DNA from: Setoptus koraiensis
Lineage: Eukaryota; Animalia; Arthropoda
Length of the DNA: 64,000 bases
Direction: 5' to 3'
Assembly: GCA_048013815.1 (NCBI GenBank)
Contig: CM106586.1
Location: forward strand, 2,666,001-2,730,000
Shown here one piece after another: positions 20,392 to 31,884 of the stretch; the first letter of the stretch is position 1, and the number at the start of each line of letters is the position of its first letter. The notes under the pieces were generated by a model. The model made no database searches. It saw nothing but the letters and a program-made list of their open reading frames with translations, and was not told the origin of the DNA. The position numbers and the translations under genes are program-made.

Positions 20392-21894
20392 TCAGTTCAT
20401 TATTGACAGATATAATTTCCTTGGCGAGGCCAACAGCAGCGGCGATGTGAGCGCCGATTTGAGGATGCCCGTAGTTGGTGTTGTAGTTGTTGAGCCTGGC
20501 GAGCTGGAGGTGTCGTTGAGATGATTAGGTGGTGACTGCAATGCCGCAATTAGTGCCGAGGCTTGGGGCGTTTTTGAATCTATTGGCGGCGATATACATG
20601 TGAGACCATTGAGTTGTTGTCGCTGTTGTTGTTGCATGTGATGATGATGAATTGGCGATATGGCACCAGTGAGAGTGTTCAATAGATGCTGATGAGGATG
20701 AGATGCTGACGATGGCGAGGATGCTGCTGAGGCGGTGGTTGTAGTGGTGGTAGTAGTGGTGGTTGTGGTGCTAATGGAGCTGGTTGTGTGTTGTTGTTGC
20801 TGTTGGTTGTTGGCAGCGTGCAGACTAGAATTAGTGCTACCACGGGTTGTTGTGGTGGTGGTAGTTGTGTCTGTGGAGCTTGTTGAGGAACTAGAAGAGC
20901 TGGAGCTAGAGGAAGGCGACGACGACGACGACGAGCTTGCTCTCGATTGATTAGACTTTTTGTGTTTCTTGTATTTGACTTTGTACATGTTGTAAACGGC
21001 GCCCGAGTTTCGTCCGCCGGGCATTCTGTCCTCTCTGACTGCGGCCAGCACCATGCCTTGGCGCAAACATTTCTGGAAGCGGCACGATTGACAGCGATTC
21101 CTCTGTTGTTTTGTTATGACACATTTGTCTTGGCTGACACAAGTGTAAACGCGCTTGTTTTGCACCGTTCTCTTGAAGAAGCCCTTGCAACCCTCGCAAG
21201 TTATAATGCCATAATGCAATCCGGTTGCCTTGTCCTCGCATATCATGCAAATCATCACCTGATTTCCGTTTTGTTGCTGGCTGGCCTGTTGCTGCTGATT
21301 GGCGGGGTCCATGAGTGCGGGATCCTGATGATTGTGATTGAATTGTTGTTGACTAGCGGATGTTGTTGTGGCGGTTGCGTGCGACGATGACGGCGCGCCC
21401 CCATTGGAGGTGGCCGTCGTTGTTATGGATGGCGGCGGTGTTGACACCATCAGTTTGTTGGCAACGGTTGCACAACCGTTTGTTGTTGTTGTTGTTGTTT
21501 TTGATTTGTTGATGTTGTTGTTGTTGTTGTCGTGCTGATGATGTTGATCGTGTTGTTGGTCTACGCACATGGGAACAACTGAATTATTGGTGGCGGCAGC
21601 TACCGACGATGGCGACAATGATAACGATGATGCCGACGACGATGATGAGCTAGATGAGAGCGTCGACGATAGCGATGACACCGACGACGTTGACGACAAC
21701 GACGACGTTCGCCTGCTGCCGGACGACAAATCTAGACACTGATTCATCCATGAGGGGGGCGATTGCGACAAATTGTAGCCGTTGTTTGTGTTGCCGTAAT
21801 TGAGCTGATTGTGGCCCAATTCGGCGACACTCAATGAGGCCAGTGTGGCGGTCATTGAGGATTTTCTCTTTTTTAGAGGCAGCCGTTGTTCCAT
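20392..21894 (-). CDS. Hr4: Miniature HR4 paralog, 500 aa from ATG, intact ORF, DBD only
   Basis: cacaccATGG start, [11 protein letters not shown], a C4 zinc-finger DBD identical to that of the main copy, and the same terminal [20 protein letters not shown]-stop. Whether it is expressed is unknown. Confidence 0.75.
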   Translation of the reverse strand: MEQRLPLKKRKSSMTATLASLSVAELGHNQLNYGNTNNGYNLSQSPPSWMNQCLDLSSGSRRTSSLSSTSSVSSLSSTLSSSSSSSSASSLSLSPSSVAAATNNSVVPMCVDQQHDQHHQHDNNNNNINKSKTTTTTTNGCATVANKLMVSTPPPSITTTATSNGGAPSSSHATATTTSASQQQFNHNHQDPALMDPANQQQQASQQQNGNQVMICMICEDKATGLHYGIITCEGCKGFFKRTVQNKRVYTCVSQDKCVITKQQRNRCQSCRFQKCLRQGMVLAAVREDRMPGGRNSGAVYNMYKVKYKKHKKSNQSRASSSSSSSPSSSSSSSSSSTSSTDTTTTTTTTRGSTNSSLHAANNQQQQQHTTSSISTTTTTTTTTTTTASAASSPSSASHPHQHLLNTLTGAISPIHHHHMQQQQRQQLNGLTCISPPIDSKTPQASALIAALQSPPNHLNDTSSSPGSTTTTPTTGILKSALTSPLLLASPRKLYLSIMN

Positions 21895-22651
21895 GGTGTG
21901 ATGTGACGACAAAATGCAATCGGATGCAATTGTGATAACCTTGAGATTGGCCAGATTTTGCTGTTTGAATAAAATATTTTTAATGGAAGCTATTGAAATA
22001 ATATCATTACTAACTGAGCACCGTAGTGTGAGTGTGTGTGTGTTGTGGCGTCGATGTTTACCCGAGCTAGCCAAAATTAGCACTGATGCTGCTGAGCGTT
22101 CAGTCGCAGCAGACAACAACTGCTGCTAGTTGCTAGTCGCAGAATGAGATCACCAGAAGTTGCACAACTTATAACTGTTAACGTTATTGTTACGTAACGC
22201 ATACCCTTAACTTTCAATGATCATGCTGCGAGGGGGAAGGAATGGGGGCGGGGTGGAGAGAGCGAGAGAGAGAGAGAGAGAGAGAGTTCAATAGTTGTTT
22301 TTAGTTCACCACACCATGGCACAAATAGCCCCTGGTGTCAAGGAACTCAACTACAGCTATGGCATGACCTTTTGAGACTGTATGAGGTGCTTGGCATTGA
22401 CACTAACGCTCACACAGACGCACGCACCAACTAAAGAAAGGCTTATAGTGAGACAAACGGGCACGCACACAGTCGAGCGCTCAATGTTACGTAATCAGGC
22501 CGCGCGCACACACACACACACACTGCAAAAAAGCCTCACTGTGACTCATCTTGTGCGTCTGTCACGTTGAGTTGAGTCGCTACTTGTTGTGAGACTCACG
22601 CGGACAACAACAGCAGCAGCGACAACAACGACGGCGACAACAACAGCAACG

Positions 22652-22696
<45 letters not shown>

Positions 22697-22775
22697 TCTC
22701 AATGGTCTCACATGTACTCACCAGCGGCTTACCAAGTGAAATGAGTGAAAGCAAACAGCCAGCCGATGCCTCAGT
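21895..22775 (-). promoter_or_regulatory. Diverged copy of the HR4 proximal upstream region (source about 30607..31800)
   Basis: Shared islands aatgagatcaccagaagttgc.caactt.taactgttaac, cccttaactttcaatgatcat, gagagagttcaatagttgtttttagttcacc and cacacagtcgagcgctcaatgttacgtaa. Confidence 0.8.
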
Positions 22776-23950
22776 GGTGAGAATGTGAAGTAGCAATGAC
22801 CTTTGAGCTAGTTTTGTTGATCTAGCCACAGTGAGGAGGCTCTGGCGCGATGCACAACAGATATCACTGACACTTGCTCCAGAATCATGCTATGTGACAA
22901 ATGTCATTGAATCCATTGGCCGATCATTGATACATTGCCATGATTTTTTGCTACTCGAGCCTCACCGATCAAACTTTCATCACATCGTCTCTAATGGCGC
23001 CATGTCGCTATGATGGCGCAATTGTTCATTTAATTGTAACGTTATTTGTATGCCACCAATACTGACAACTTGTTAATATAATGACAATGCAATTGCCATG
23101 ACTCAATCGATTGTGTGCCCACCTAAATATTTATTGAGTTGACCAACAAACAATTTTAAGCAAGCACCAGATTACGTTACAGTTTTATACTGCAAACACC
23201 CTGTCATAAACTCGATAAACGCAATAAATCTCTACTCTGCTCTCTGCAACTCCTATCTCACATTCTCTTCCGTCGTCATGCAACCACAATATTCTTATTC
23301 TTTACTCTATCATCACGCCTGACAATTCGCTCACATTGTAATTTCCAAAGTCTCTATTTCAAGGTCCGATTCCGGCCGAAAGGTGGCTACCAAATGTGTC
23401 ACAGTTGAAAACATTCATAGCACTGACTATTGATGTTATCAATATTCTGTTTGAAACCTGATATAAGACCTCATATAAGCGGTTAATCAGGCGAGATATA
23501 TTATGCTATCAGCGTCACAATATGGTTCATCTGAAATGCAAGAGAATGGAGATTAACGAATGTTGTCAGCTAACGAGAGATCCATTTGTGCTCAGTTAGG
23601 TTGCAATCAAAACGAAAAAGGAAGCATTTTCGTTACGAGAATGTAGAATGGACGAGAAGACACTCAAGCTAGGTCCACAAAATGAACAGCCTTGCATCAA
23701 AAATGAAATAATGTTAACTTTCCATCGAAAGATTGGCTACAACGCCAACAATCAATGGGCACAAATTTAGCATATCCGGCCAATGGCAGGCCGACCAGGT
23801 ATCTCACTAAAGCGCCAAAATCTTTGTCCGCCAAAGCTGTCTTCGCTAAGCAATTGAAAGCTCCTCTATGCCGACTGGAAAGGACAGGAAGCTAACGAAT
23901 ACTACGGTCTTGCTCTAAATTATTTAGCCCAAAGGCTACAAGATAGGATG

Positions 23951-24679
23951 TTTCAACCTTACATTAAAAGGTCCAAGATAAAACAAATACAACTCGAGCA
24001 AGATTCTGCTAGATCTTTGCATGATGTAAATACATTTCATGATGGCCAAAGAAAAGACTTTAGTCTCGTGGATTTCAATAGGTCTGGCGTCGCCCTTATG
24101 GAGATTGTATTTGAGCCAGATTTAAAAGACCAGCATGAAGCAACTTCTGTATTGACTGAACTCATAACTATCTTGAAATCAATAGGAACTTGCAGCTGTC
24201 AGCTAGAAGAGGGATCGTTGCGTGTAGATGCCAATATATCAATAGATTCTATTGACGGGCAAAGGTTTGATGGAACTGGTCGTGTTGAGCTTAAGAATCT
24301 CAATTCTTTGCGATCTCTAAATCGAGGTATCGAGCATGAGATCTTTAGGCAAGGGCAACTACTTCTGTCGGGCGAAAGGGTGGAACGTGAAACTCGATCA
24401 TTTGATACAAAAACTGGTAAATCTGTATTGTTAAGAAAAAAAGAAGAATCAATAGACTACCGATATTTTCCAGAGCCAAGCTTACCCCCGATAAATACAA
24501 CTGAGTATGAATCATTAAACTTAGAACAAACACTCAGTAAACGACCCTTTGAAGAAGCCATGGAATTAGCTGCTCAGTATGGACTTTCTATGGACTTGGT
24601 CAAGTATATTACCTCGGTTGATAGTATGAAGGATTTCCTCTTAGAGGCTCACAGATTCAGTAGATGCAAAAGTTTGGAC
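23951..24679 (+). pseudogene. Inverted, near-identical 729-bp internal fragment of GatB (source 2549..3277)
   Basis: The translation matches GatB from FQPYIKRS to RCKSLD. I found one difference by eye (24019, F to L). No native start or stop. Confidence 0.92.
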
Positions 24680-24849
24680 ACCAAATGTCCCATTCGTTGA
24701 GTGAAAGACCAATATCGTTCTCTATCAGTTGTGAACTAATCAAGTAGCAGTTCTTCGGCAATGGATAGTAAGTAAGAAAGTACGAATAACCTTTGTTCAA
24801 AAGGTATGCAGAAACATGATATATGAAAAAATTGATGGAGAAACCCTGA

Positions 24850-24961
24850 AACTGTCCTGTTCGATCAGTCTAAACAGGATATTGACAATCTAGCACGCGG
24901 CAAATTGCATTGTCGGGGTGCACCTCATCACCTGAAGAATCAACAAGTACTAACTGCACTA
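24850..24961 (+). pseudogene. Inverted diverged scribble fragment 1 (source 5873..5765)
   Basis: tcgatcag.ctaaacagga.attgacaatc...cacgcgg.aaattgcat...cacctcatcacctgaagaatcaacaagt. Confidence 0.8.
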
Positions 24962-25481
24962 TCAAGGAACCCTACTTAGGTGTTGGACTCCTATTGGGCT
25001 ATGCTTAGCCTATCTGTTCTCGGCTAGTCGAGCTGAGCACGAATACGCTAGTCAAATACCTGTTTTTTTGTCGTTTTTCTGCAATATTCATAGTAAAAAT
25101 TTCATTGTTTCTGACACTCTCACACCTTATTAAGACAATCTGAACAGTTCGGCCCCCCAGTGTAATGACCTTTTGCACAGTTATTACCGGCACCGAATTG
25201 TCCGGATTTTATCGAGTCCATGGTCCATCTGACCATGGACTCGATGTCCACCCGCTTCCAACTACCTGCTGGAGGTGGGAGTAGTTAAAAACTTACTTTT
25301 TTTACTTAAAGGGTGTTCCATTCCAAACGCACATTAGAACTGTTATTTAGTTTTCCTGATGTGTTTGATAGATTTTTTGGGTGTTGTAGCGACTAGGTCC
25401 CCACTCAGAATTTGATGAAACTTCACAAACGGGCTCCGTAGGGGCCCCATATCACAAATTGAGTAGGTATTTGTGGTGTTG
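24962..25481. mobile_element. 520-bp insertion splitting the scribble pseudo-fragment, flanked by a duplicated TA
   Basis: The source reads gcacTAagtaaag; the copy reads gcacTA-[520 bp]-TAagtaaag. No convincing terminal inverted repeats. Internal 15-bp-stem hairpin. Confidence 0.4.
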
Positions 25482-25817
25482 TAAGTAAAGAAGACAAGCG
25501 TAAAGTTGAGTTACTTGCAAAATATAAGAAAAGAATTATCTACATCGACAGTCGACTTACACCAAAAGGTCCCACTGAAGCTGCCGGTGTTAAAGTGAAG
25601 GATAAGATCTTGGCGGTGAATGATAAAGAATTTTATGAGGGCATAGATCATGGGACCGCTGTGGAGATTTTCAAAAAGGTCAAATCAAATTGTAAAGACG
25701 AAGCAGATGAGGACGAGTCGCAAGATGACGCATTTGTACAGCCGACAGACTATTTAACTAATAGTACAACTGTTAAAAAACAGAATTTATCGGAAGACAC
25801 TTTGCCTAACACGAATA
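25482..25817 (+). pseudogene. Inverted scribble fragment 2 (PDZ1 region, source 5766..5317, two internal deletions)
   Basis: KDKILAVNDKEFYEGIDH.TAVEIFKKVKSNC and DEADEDESQDDAFVQPTD match scribble. Confidence 0.88.
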
Positions 25818-26607
25818 TTTCTGTGAGATGTAGGAATCGGCCAAAAAATGGCGAATTGCGTTCAGAGAAACCATTGAACAATGTCGTGACATCATCTCGC
25901 CGAATATACAATCCAACACAAGCTAGAATATGCTTCGAAGTGAAAACGGGCGCCCCACGTAGGTATTGTGTGAGAGCCAAAGTCGGATAGTAGACGGATG
26001 AGTTGGGCATTCGCAACAATGGGGCGATTGTCGATGAAGTATGATATACTTGTATCATGTATGAAATCAAATAAAATGAAAAGTGCACGTTGATGAAACG
26101 AGCCAGAGCCGCGAGAAAATTTGTTACGCGTCTAGAGATAAATGATAATTATTACTCAAGGAGTTTTAAACTCACAAGAGCAATCTCTCTATTTATAGTT
26201 AGCTTATTTACAAATTATCAATAGCATTGCACTAAAATGTGATGATAAGTGTGTATGTTTATAACAATGTTTTCGTTGTTTGTTTGCAACCATCCGCTGA
26301 TTGACCACTTATATCAATATCAAATTGAATAAATTAATAGCGGCTCAAATTGTTGGCTAGTATGGTGGAGCGGCAGTTCATATACATAGCATACATTTGA
26401 TATTTGTAATTGTTGTTGAGTTGTTGCCAATAATAGTTGACAACTTGTAATGTAATGTATAATATATGATATTGCATTGTTTGCATCTATTCTATCTACG
26501 CTTGCCATCAGTTTGGTCGGTCGATCGAGTTTGATTGAATTCATTTGATTTTATTATTAGTAAACTTCATTTTAAATCAAGTGTCAACAATCAGTGCAAG
26601 CGAGCAA

Positions 26608-29600
26608 TCAGTTCATGATTGTTACGTACAACTTTCTTGGCGAGGCCAATTGCAGCGGCGACGTGAGCGCCGATTTAAGGATGGTGCTGCCCGTGGTGGA
26701 TGCCGTTGTTGTTGGCGTTGTAGTTGTAGTGGATGTGGCCGCCGTGGTTCCGTTTGTCAAATTAGCCGGACTTGCATTTGTGGTCAACGGGGGCGTTGTT
26801 GAGCCCGGCGAGCTGGAGGCCGTGGAAGCGGAAGTGCTATTGCCGGCACTGTTGCTGTCATTGTGATCGTTGTTGTCTTGGCCGTTTAGTCTGGGCGACA
26901 TTGGTTTAGGTGAGCCATTGGAACTGGGTGGACCTGTTGTCGATGTGCTGTTCAGTGCAGTTAATGAGTTTGAAATGTTCATTAGCGACGGCTTAACATC
27001 TTGATTCGACGATGACAATGGCGATGTTATCGAGGAAGAGGAACAAGTGGATGATATCGACGACATGGATGAAGTAGACAACTTTTTGGTTGAGTTGCGC
27101 TGTTGCGGCTGTTGAGTATCATTGAGATAATGGTTGTTGTTTGTTGGTGGCGATTGCAATGACGCAATTAATGCTGAGGATGGCGGTGATTTTGAATTTA
27201 TTGAGCTACTGTTAGACTTTGGTGACATCAACAATGACGACGACGACGACGACGACGACGAACCGGCCGCGTTAGACGATACAATTGGGGGCGATATAGA
27301 CGTGAGACCATTGAGTTGTTGTTGTCGCTGTTGTTGTTGCATGTGATGATGATGGATTGGCGATATGGCACCAGTGAGAGTGTTCAATAGATGCTGGTGA
27401 GGATGAGATGCTGACGATGGCGAGGATGCTGCTGAGGCGGTGGTTGTAGTGGTGGTAGTAGTGGTGGTTGTGGTGCTAGACGGGCAGCTGGTTGTGTGTT
27501 GTTGTTGTTGCTGTTGGTTGACCAGCGCGTTGTCGTTGGCGGTCTGCGGACTAGAATTAGCACTTGTATCACTTACTGTCATTTGCTCCAATTTGATATT
27601 GCTGCCTTGGCCATTGGCGTTGTTGTTGTTATGTTGTTGTTGTGACATAATTTGACCATTGGGCGGCGACGCAATTGGCGACAGCACACTCGTGGGCGAC
27701 GACATCGGGTACGACTGGCCAGTCTGGTTGTTGTTGTTGTGGTTGTTGTTCAACTGATTGCTGGCACTGCTGCTGGTAGTGGTGGTAGTTGTGTCTATGG
27801 ATGAGGTCGATTGTGTCGGCGACGAATTCACCGATTTCATCGAGGCGCCAGAACTGGAATTGCAACTGGAACTAGATGAGCTAGAGCTAGACGACGAGCT
27901 AGATGACGAGCTCGACGACGACGAGCTTGCTCTCGATTGATTAGACTTTTTGTGTTTCTTGTATTTGACTTTGTACATGTTGTAAACGGCGCCCGAGTTT
28001 CGTCCGCCGGGCATTCTGTCCTCTCTGACTGCGGCCAGCACCATGCCTTGGCGCAAACATTTCTGGAAGCGGCACGATTGACAGCGATTCCTCTGTTGTT
28101 TTGTTATGACACATTTGTCTTGGCTGACACAAGTGTAAACGCGCTTGTTTTGCACCGTTCTCTTGAAGAAGCCCTTGCAACCCTCGCAAGTTATAATGCC
28201 ATAATGCAATCCGGTTGCCTTGTCCTCGCATATCATGCAAATCATCACCTGATTTCCGTTTTGTTGCTGGCTGGCCTGTTGCTGCTGATTGGCGGGGTCC
28301 ATGAGTGCGGGATCCTGATGATTGTGATTGAATTGTTGTTGACTAGCGGATGTTGTTGTGGCGGTTGCGTGCGACGACGACGGCGCGCCCCCATTGGAGG
28401 TGGCCGTCGTTGTTATGGATGGCGGCGGTGTTGACACCATCAGTTTGTTGACGACGGTTGCACAACCGTTTGTTGTTGCTGTTGTTGTTGTTGTTCCGTT
28501 GTTGTTGCTGTTGTTGACATGAGAAAGTGTCGTAACAGGCGTAGACGGTGCAGAGGTCGCACAGACCGGTGAGGAGGAACTCAATTCCATTAGTGTGGGC
28601 AATTGTTGTTGTTGTCCATTTGTTTTATTTTGTTGCTGTTGTTGTTGACTTAGATTGTGTGTTAAGTGATGCTGTAAATGCTGATGATGTTGGTGGTGGT
28701 TGTTGTTGTGGTTGTGCTGATGATGCTGATGGTGCTGCTGTAATTGGTGTTGCAATTGTTGTTGCAGATGGTGGTGCGCATGATCGTGCTGCTGATTGGG
28801 TGCGGGATCTACGCACATTGGAACAACAAGATTGTTGTTGTTGTTTTCGTTGTTTTGATCTATCGATGATCTGTTGCTGTTGCTAGTGAGATGCAACTGC
28901 AATTGACTGTGATGTTGCTGCTGATGCTGATGATGATGATGATTGCTCGTCAAATGGTGATGCAACGCCGATTGACCAAATGTTGTTGTCTGTCCCGTAT
29001 TTATGGATTGCTGCTGCTGCTGTTGCTGTTGGTGCAATGGAGATATTGAATTTCTCCTCTGTTGTTGCTGCTGTTGTTGTTGTTGGTGGTGGTGCAATTG
29101 ACTTTGGTGGTGGCCCAAATGCAAATGATGCAAATTATGATGATTATTGTTGCTGTTGTTAGATGTCAATTGCGACGTGAGATGCGGATTGTTGGCGCTG
29201 GTGGCGCTACTGTTGTTGCTGTTGGTATTGAGTAATTGAACAGGTTGCAACAGTTGCGATACCAATTGTGAATTGTTTGATCCGGTTGTCGATGTTGTGG
29301 TCGTGGTCGATGAGTGACTTTGGTGGTTCTGATATTGGTTGTTGCTGTTGTTTGTCAATGATGAAGATTTCAATGGCGACGATGTGGCAGCACACAAATT
29401 ATGCAAATGATGTTGCTGGTGCGACGATGATACTGAACTGAGTGTGACTGGAGTCGGGGGCGACTGCTGGCCCCCAATTAGATGCAGCGATTGCAACTGT
29501 GACAACTGTTGTTGTTGTTGTTGTTGTTGTTGCTGCTGTTGCTGTTGCTGCTGTGATTGCTGCATTCCCGTTGACATAATCAACGATGAGGCCGATGAAG

Positions 29601-30606
29601 ACAATGTCGACGACGATGTTGCAATCGACGATACTTGCACCTGATTCACAACGGCGGCCAGGGCAACCGCGGCAGCCGATGAGGGCGACAGTGATAATGA
29701 TGATGTCGACGACGACGACGACGACGAGCTAGATGAGGCCGACGAAAGCGACGACACAGAGGCAGACAATGACGAGGAGCCTGTGGATCCAACGGAGGAG
29801 GTCGACGACAGCGACGACGTTCGCTTGCTGCCAGACGACAAGTCGAGACATTGATTCATCCAAGCGGGGGGCGATTGTGACAGAGTGTGGCCGTTGTTTG
29901 TGTTGTGGTGATGATTGTGGTGCGGATGTTGCTGTTGGTGGTGGTGATGATGGTGGTTGTGGTGTTGGTGTTGAGAGGCTGCGGCGGCCGCTGCGGCACT
30001 TGCAACCGCAGCTGCTGTCACTGCATCGGCAACCAACTGACCGTGATGGTCAATCGATGCGACGTGTTGTTGCTGTTGTTGTTGTGCATTTAAATGTGTT
30101 GCGTTAATTAGATTGTGTTGCTGCTGTTGCTGCGAAGCGGCCACGTTGGATAAATTTATTAAATTGTTCAATTGTTCATTGGTGGCGGCGGCGGCGGCCG
30201 CGGCTTGATCCACCTGAAATTTGCACTGGCCAGCAGCGGCCTGATTGTTGTTTAGATGATGTTGTTGTTGTTGTGCTAATTGTTGTTGGCGCATTTGCTG
30301 CGTCTGGTGCAGAGCTTGCTGATAGTGATGATAGGCGAGCGCGTTCGGAGGTGAGGGCGACATGCTCTGTCTGTTGCCGTTTTGCTGCTGTTGTTGCATA
30401 ACTTTCTTGAGAGTTTCCATAAGTGTGACAGAGGTGCCAGAGGGGCCAGAATGGTTCACCGGTGACTTGTTAGCCCTGGCGCTGTCCAGTTGGTGGCCCA
30501 GCGCAACCACCGATGAGGCCCCCAGTGAGGCCAGTGTGGCCGTCATAATGGAAGCGGGGTTTGTTGTTGAGGATTTTCTCTTCTTTAGTGGCAGTCGCTT
30601 TTCCAT
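26608..30606 (-). CDS. Hr4: Nuclear receptor HR4 (NR6A/GCNF family), single ORF of 1332 aa from ATG; Q/H/N/S/T-rich, DBD present, no LBD in this ORF
   Basis: [31 protein letters not shown]...[28 protein letters not shown] is the HR4 DBD plus C-terminal extension. caccATGG at 30606; the ORF track start at 30648 is a TTG. Confidence 0.9.
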   Translation of the reverse strand: MEKRLPLKKRKSSTTNPASIMTATLASLGASSVVALGHQLDSARANKSPVNHSGPSGTSVTLMETLKKVMQQQQQNGNRQSMSPSPPNALAYHHYQQALHQTQQMRQQQLAQQQQHHLNNNQAAAGQCKFQVDQAAAAAAATNEQLNNLINLSNVAASQQQQQHNLINATHLNAQQQQQQHVASIDHHGQLVADAVTAAAVASAAAAAAASQHQHHNHHHHHHQQQHPHHNHHHNTNNGHTLSQSPPAWMNQCLDLSSGSKRTSSLSSTSSVGSTGSSSLSASVSSLSSASSSSSSSSSSTSSLSLSPSSAAAVALAAVVNQVQVSSIATSSSTLSSSASSLIMSTGMQQSQQQQQQQQQQQQQQQQLSQLQSLHLIGGQQSPPTPVTLSSVSSSHQQHHLHNLCAATSSPLKSSSLTNNSNNQYQNHQSHSSTTTTTSTTGSNNSQLVSQLLQPVQLLNTNSNNSSATSANNPHLTSQLTSNNSNNNHHNLHHLHLGHHQSQLHHHQQQQQQQQQRRNSISPLHQQQQQQQQSINTGQTTTFGQSALHHHLTSNHHHHQHQQQHHSQLQLHLTSNSNRSSIDQNNENNNNNLVVPMCVDPAPNQQHDHAHHHLQQQLQHQLQQHHQHHQHNHNNNHHQHHQHLQHHLTHNLSQQQQQQNKTNGQQQQLPTLMELSSSSPVCATSAPSTPVTTLSHVNNSNNNGTTTTTATTNGCATVVNKLMVSTPPPSITTTATSNGGAPSSSHATATTTSASQQQFNHNHQDPALMDPANQQQQASQQQNGNQVMICMICEDKATGLHYGIITCEGCKGFFKRTVQNKRVYTCVSQDKCVITKQQRNRCQSCRFQKCLRQGMVLAAVREDRMPGGRNSGAVYNMYKVKYKKHKKSNQSRASSSSSSSSSSSSSSSSSSSSSCNSSSGASMKSVNSSPTQSTSSIDTTTTTTSSSASNQLNNNHNNNNQTGQSYPMSSPTSVLSPIASPPNGQIMSQQQHNNNNANGQGSNIKLEQMTVSDTSANSSPQTANDNALVNQQQQQQHTTSCPSSTTTTTTTTTTTTASAASSPSSASHPHQHLLNTLTGAISPIHHHHMQQQQRQQQLNGLTSISPPIVSSNAAGSSSSSSSSSLLMSPKSNSSSINSKSPPSSALIASLQSPPTNNNHYLNDTQQPQQRNSTKKLSTSSMSSISSTCSSSSITSPLSSSNQDVKPSLMNISNSLTALNSTSTTGPPSSNGSPKPMSPRLNGQDNNDHNDSNSAGNSTSASTASSSPGSTTPPLTTNASPANLTNGTTAATSTTTTTPTTTASTTGSTILKSALTSPLQLASPRKLYVTIMN

Positions 30607-31474
30607 GGTGATGCGATGTGATTGGCGATGTGATTGGCGATAATGCAAATGATTTATATTATATAATCGATGATTATATAATGATATTGATTGATGCTAA
30701 TACGATTATATTATTAGATAATATACTGATGCGACTCTGTGTTTGCCCGAGCTTGCCAAAATACACACTGACTGGCTGTTGGCTTGCTGGCTAACAGACA
30801 ACTGCTAACACTGCCAATGAGATCACCAGAAGTTGCGCAACTTCTAACTGTTAACTGTGTGTATTGTTGTTTCTATACTTGTCTCTCTCTATACTTGTAA
30901 TCACACCCTTAACTTTCAATGATCATACTGTGTGTGTGTTACATAAGCGTATAAGCCATGTTATGCTACTTACCAGTGTAGCTGTTAGCCAAGTGAGAGG
31001 GAGAGAGTTCAATAGTTGTTTTTAGTTCACCGCACCATGGCACAAATAGCGGCCCCCTGGTGCAAAGAACCTGTACTAGTGAAAGGCATAACCTTTTGAG
31101 ACTCGCCGAGATGTATGGCATTGACACTAACGCACACACAAACAAACGCACCAACTGACGAAAGGCTTACGACGAGACAAACGAGCACGCACACAGTCGA
31201 GCGCTCAATGTTACGTAACCTGGCTAACACACATTGCGGTTAAGCCTCGCAGTGACTCATCTTGTGCGTGTGTCACGCTGAGTCGCTCACTTTTGCTTGT
31301 GTTATGTAATGTCTGTTGTGTATTGCGTGTATGTCTGACAGTGTTGTCTGTGGTGATACTACAGACACTGCAAAGCACAATTGAGCCAACAACAGATAGG
31401 GGCACAGAGGCGAGCAAATGTAAAAATAGATGCAAGCGTGTAAATACAAGAAACTTCTCCAATGTTGTTACCAA

Positions 31475-31492
31475 CAATATTACGTAATATTG
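31475..31492. promoter_or_regulatory. 18-bp perfect palindrome CAATATTACGTAATATTG (PAR-bZIP/Vrille-type core) overlapping a TTGCGCAA C/EBP-type site
   Basis: Direct reading; TTACGTAA at 31480..31487 and TTGCGCAA at 31490..31497. Confidence 0.45.
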
Positions 31493-31871
31493 CGCAACAT
31501 TGCTGCCGTTGCTGCTGCTGCTGCCGGCGCAGTGTGAGTCCAGCAGTCACTGTCGAGCGCAGTGTGTGCGGCGACAGGGGCACTCGCTCTGCTGCAGTCG
31601 CCATTTGCGGAGGCTCGCCGTTGTTGTGACTCACAAAATGTGAGACTCGTTGTTGTTGTTGCCGACAACAACAACAACAACAGCAGCAACAACGACAACA
31701 ACAGCGACAGTGTGGGGCGCAATCGAAATATCGCAGAGCGAGAGCCAAGTGGCCCACCAAGTGCATGCAGTGAAAGCTGCTGCCGCAAATGCTTCAGTCA
31801 ATGCGCGGCCCGACACAATGCTGCCCAAACCGAAACTCACGAGGACAACGAACGATGAGTGAGCCGCAGCT

Positions 31872-31884
31872 AGGTCATTGACCG
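31872..31884. promoter_or_regulatory. Ecdysone-response-element-like IR-1 AGGTCA-T-TGACCG, about 1.27 kb upstream of the HR4 ATG
   Basis: 12 of 13 positions fit RG(G/T)TCA-n-TGA(C/A)CY. HR4 is an established ecdysone-response gene in insects. Confidence 0.55.

Noticed and set aside
13866-25817. Helitron or Pack-MULE capture as the cause of the mosaic
   Set aside because: No TC...hairpin-CTRR ends, TIRs or long TSDs were seen, and all identified donors are local.
26624-26629. GTACGT as a splice donor leading to HR4 LBD exons
   Set aside because: No LBD frame found downstream, and the paralog keeps the peptide and stop but not the donor.
20735-30643. Numerous poly-V/C/L ORFs overlapping the HR4 copies
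   Set aside because: They are antisense or alternate-frame shadows of trinucleotide-rich coding sequence.
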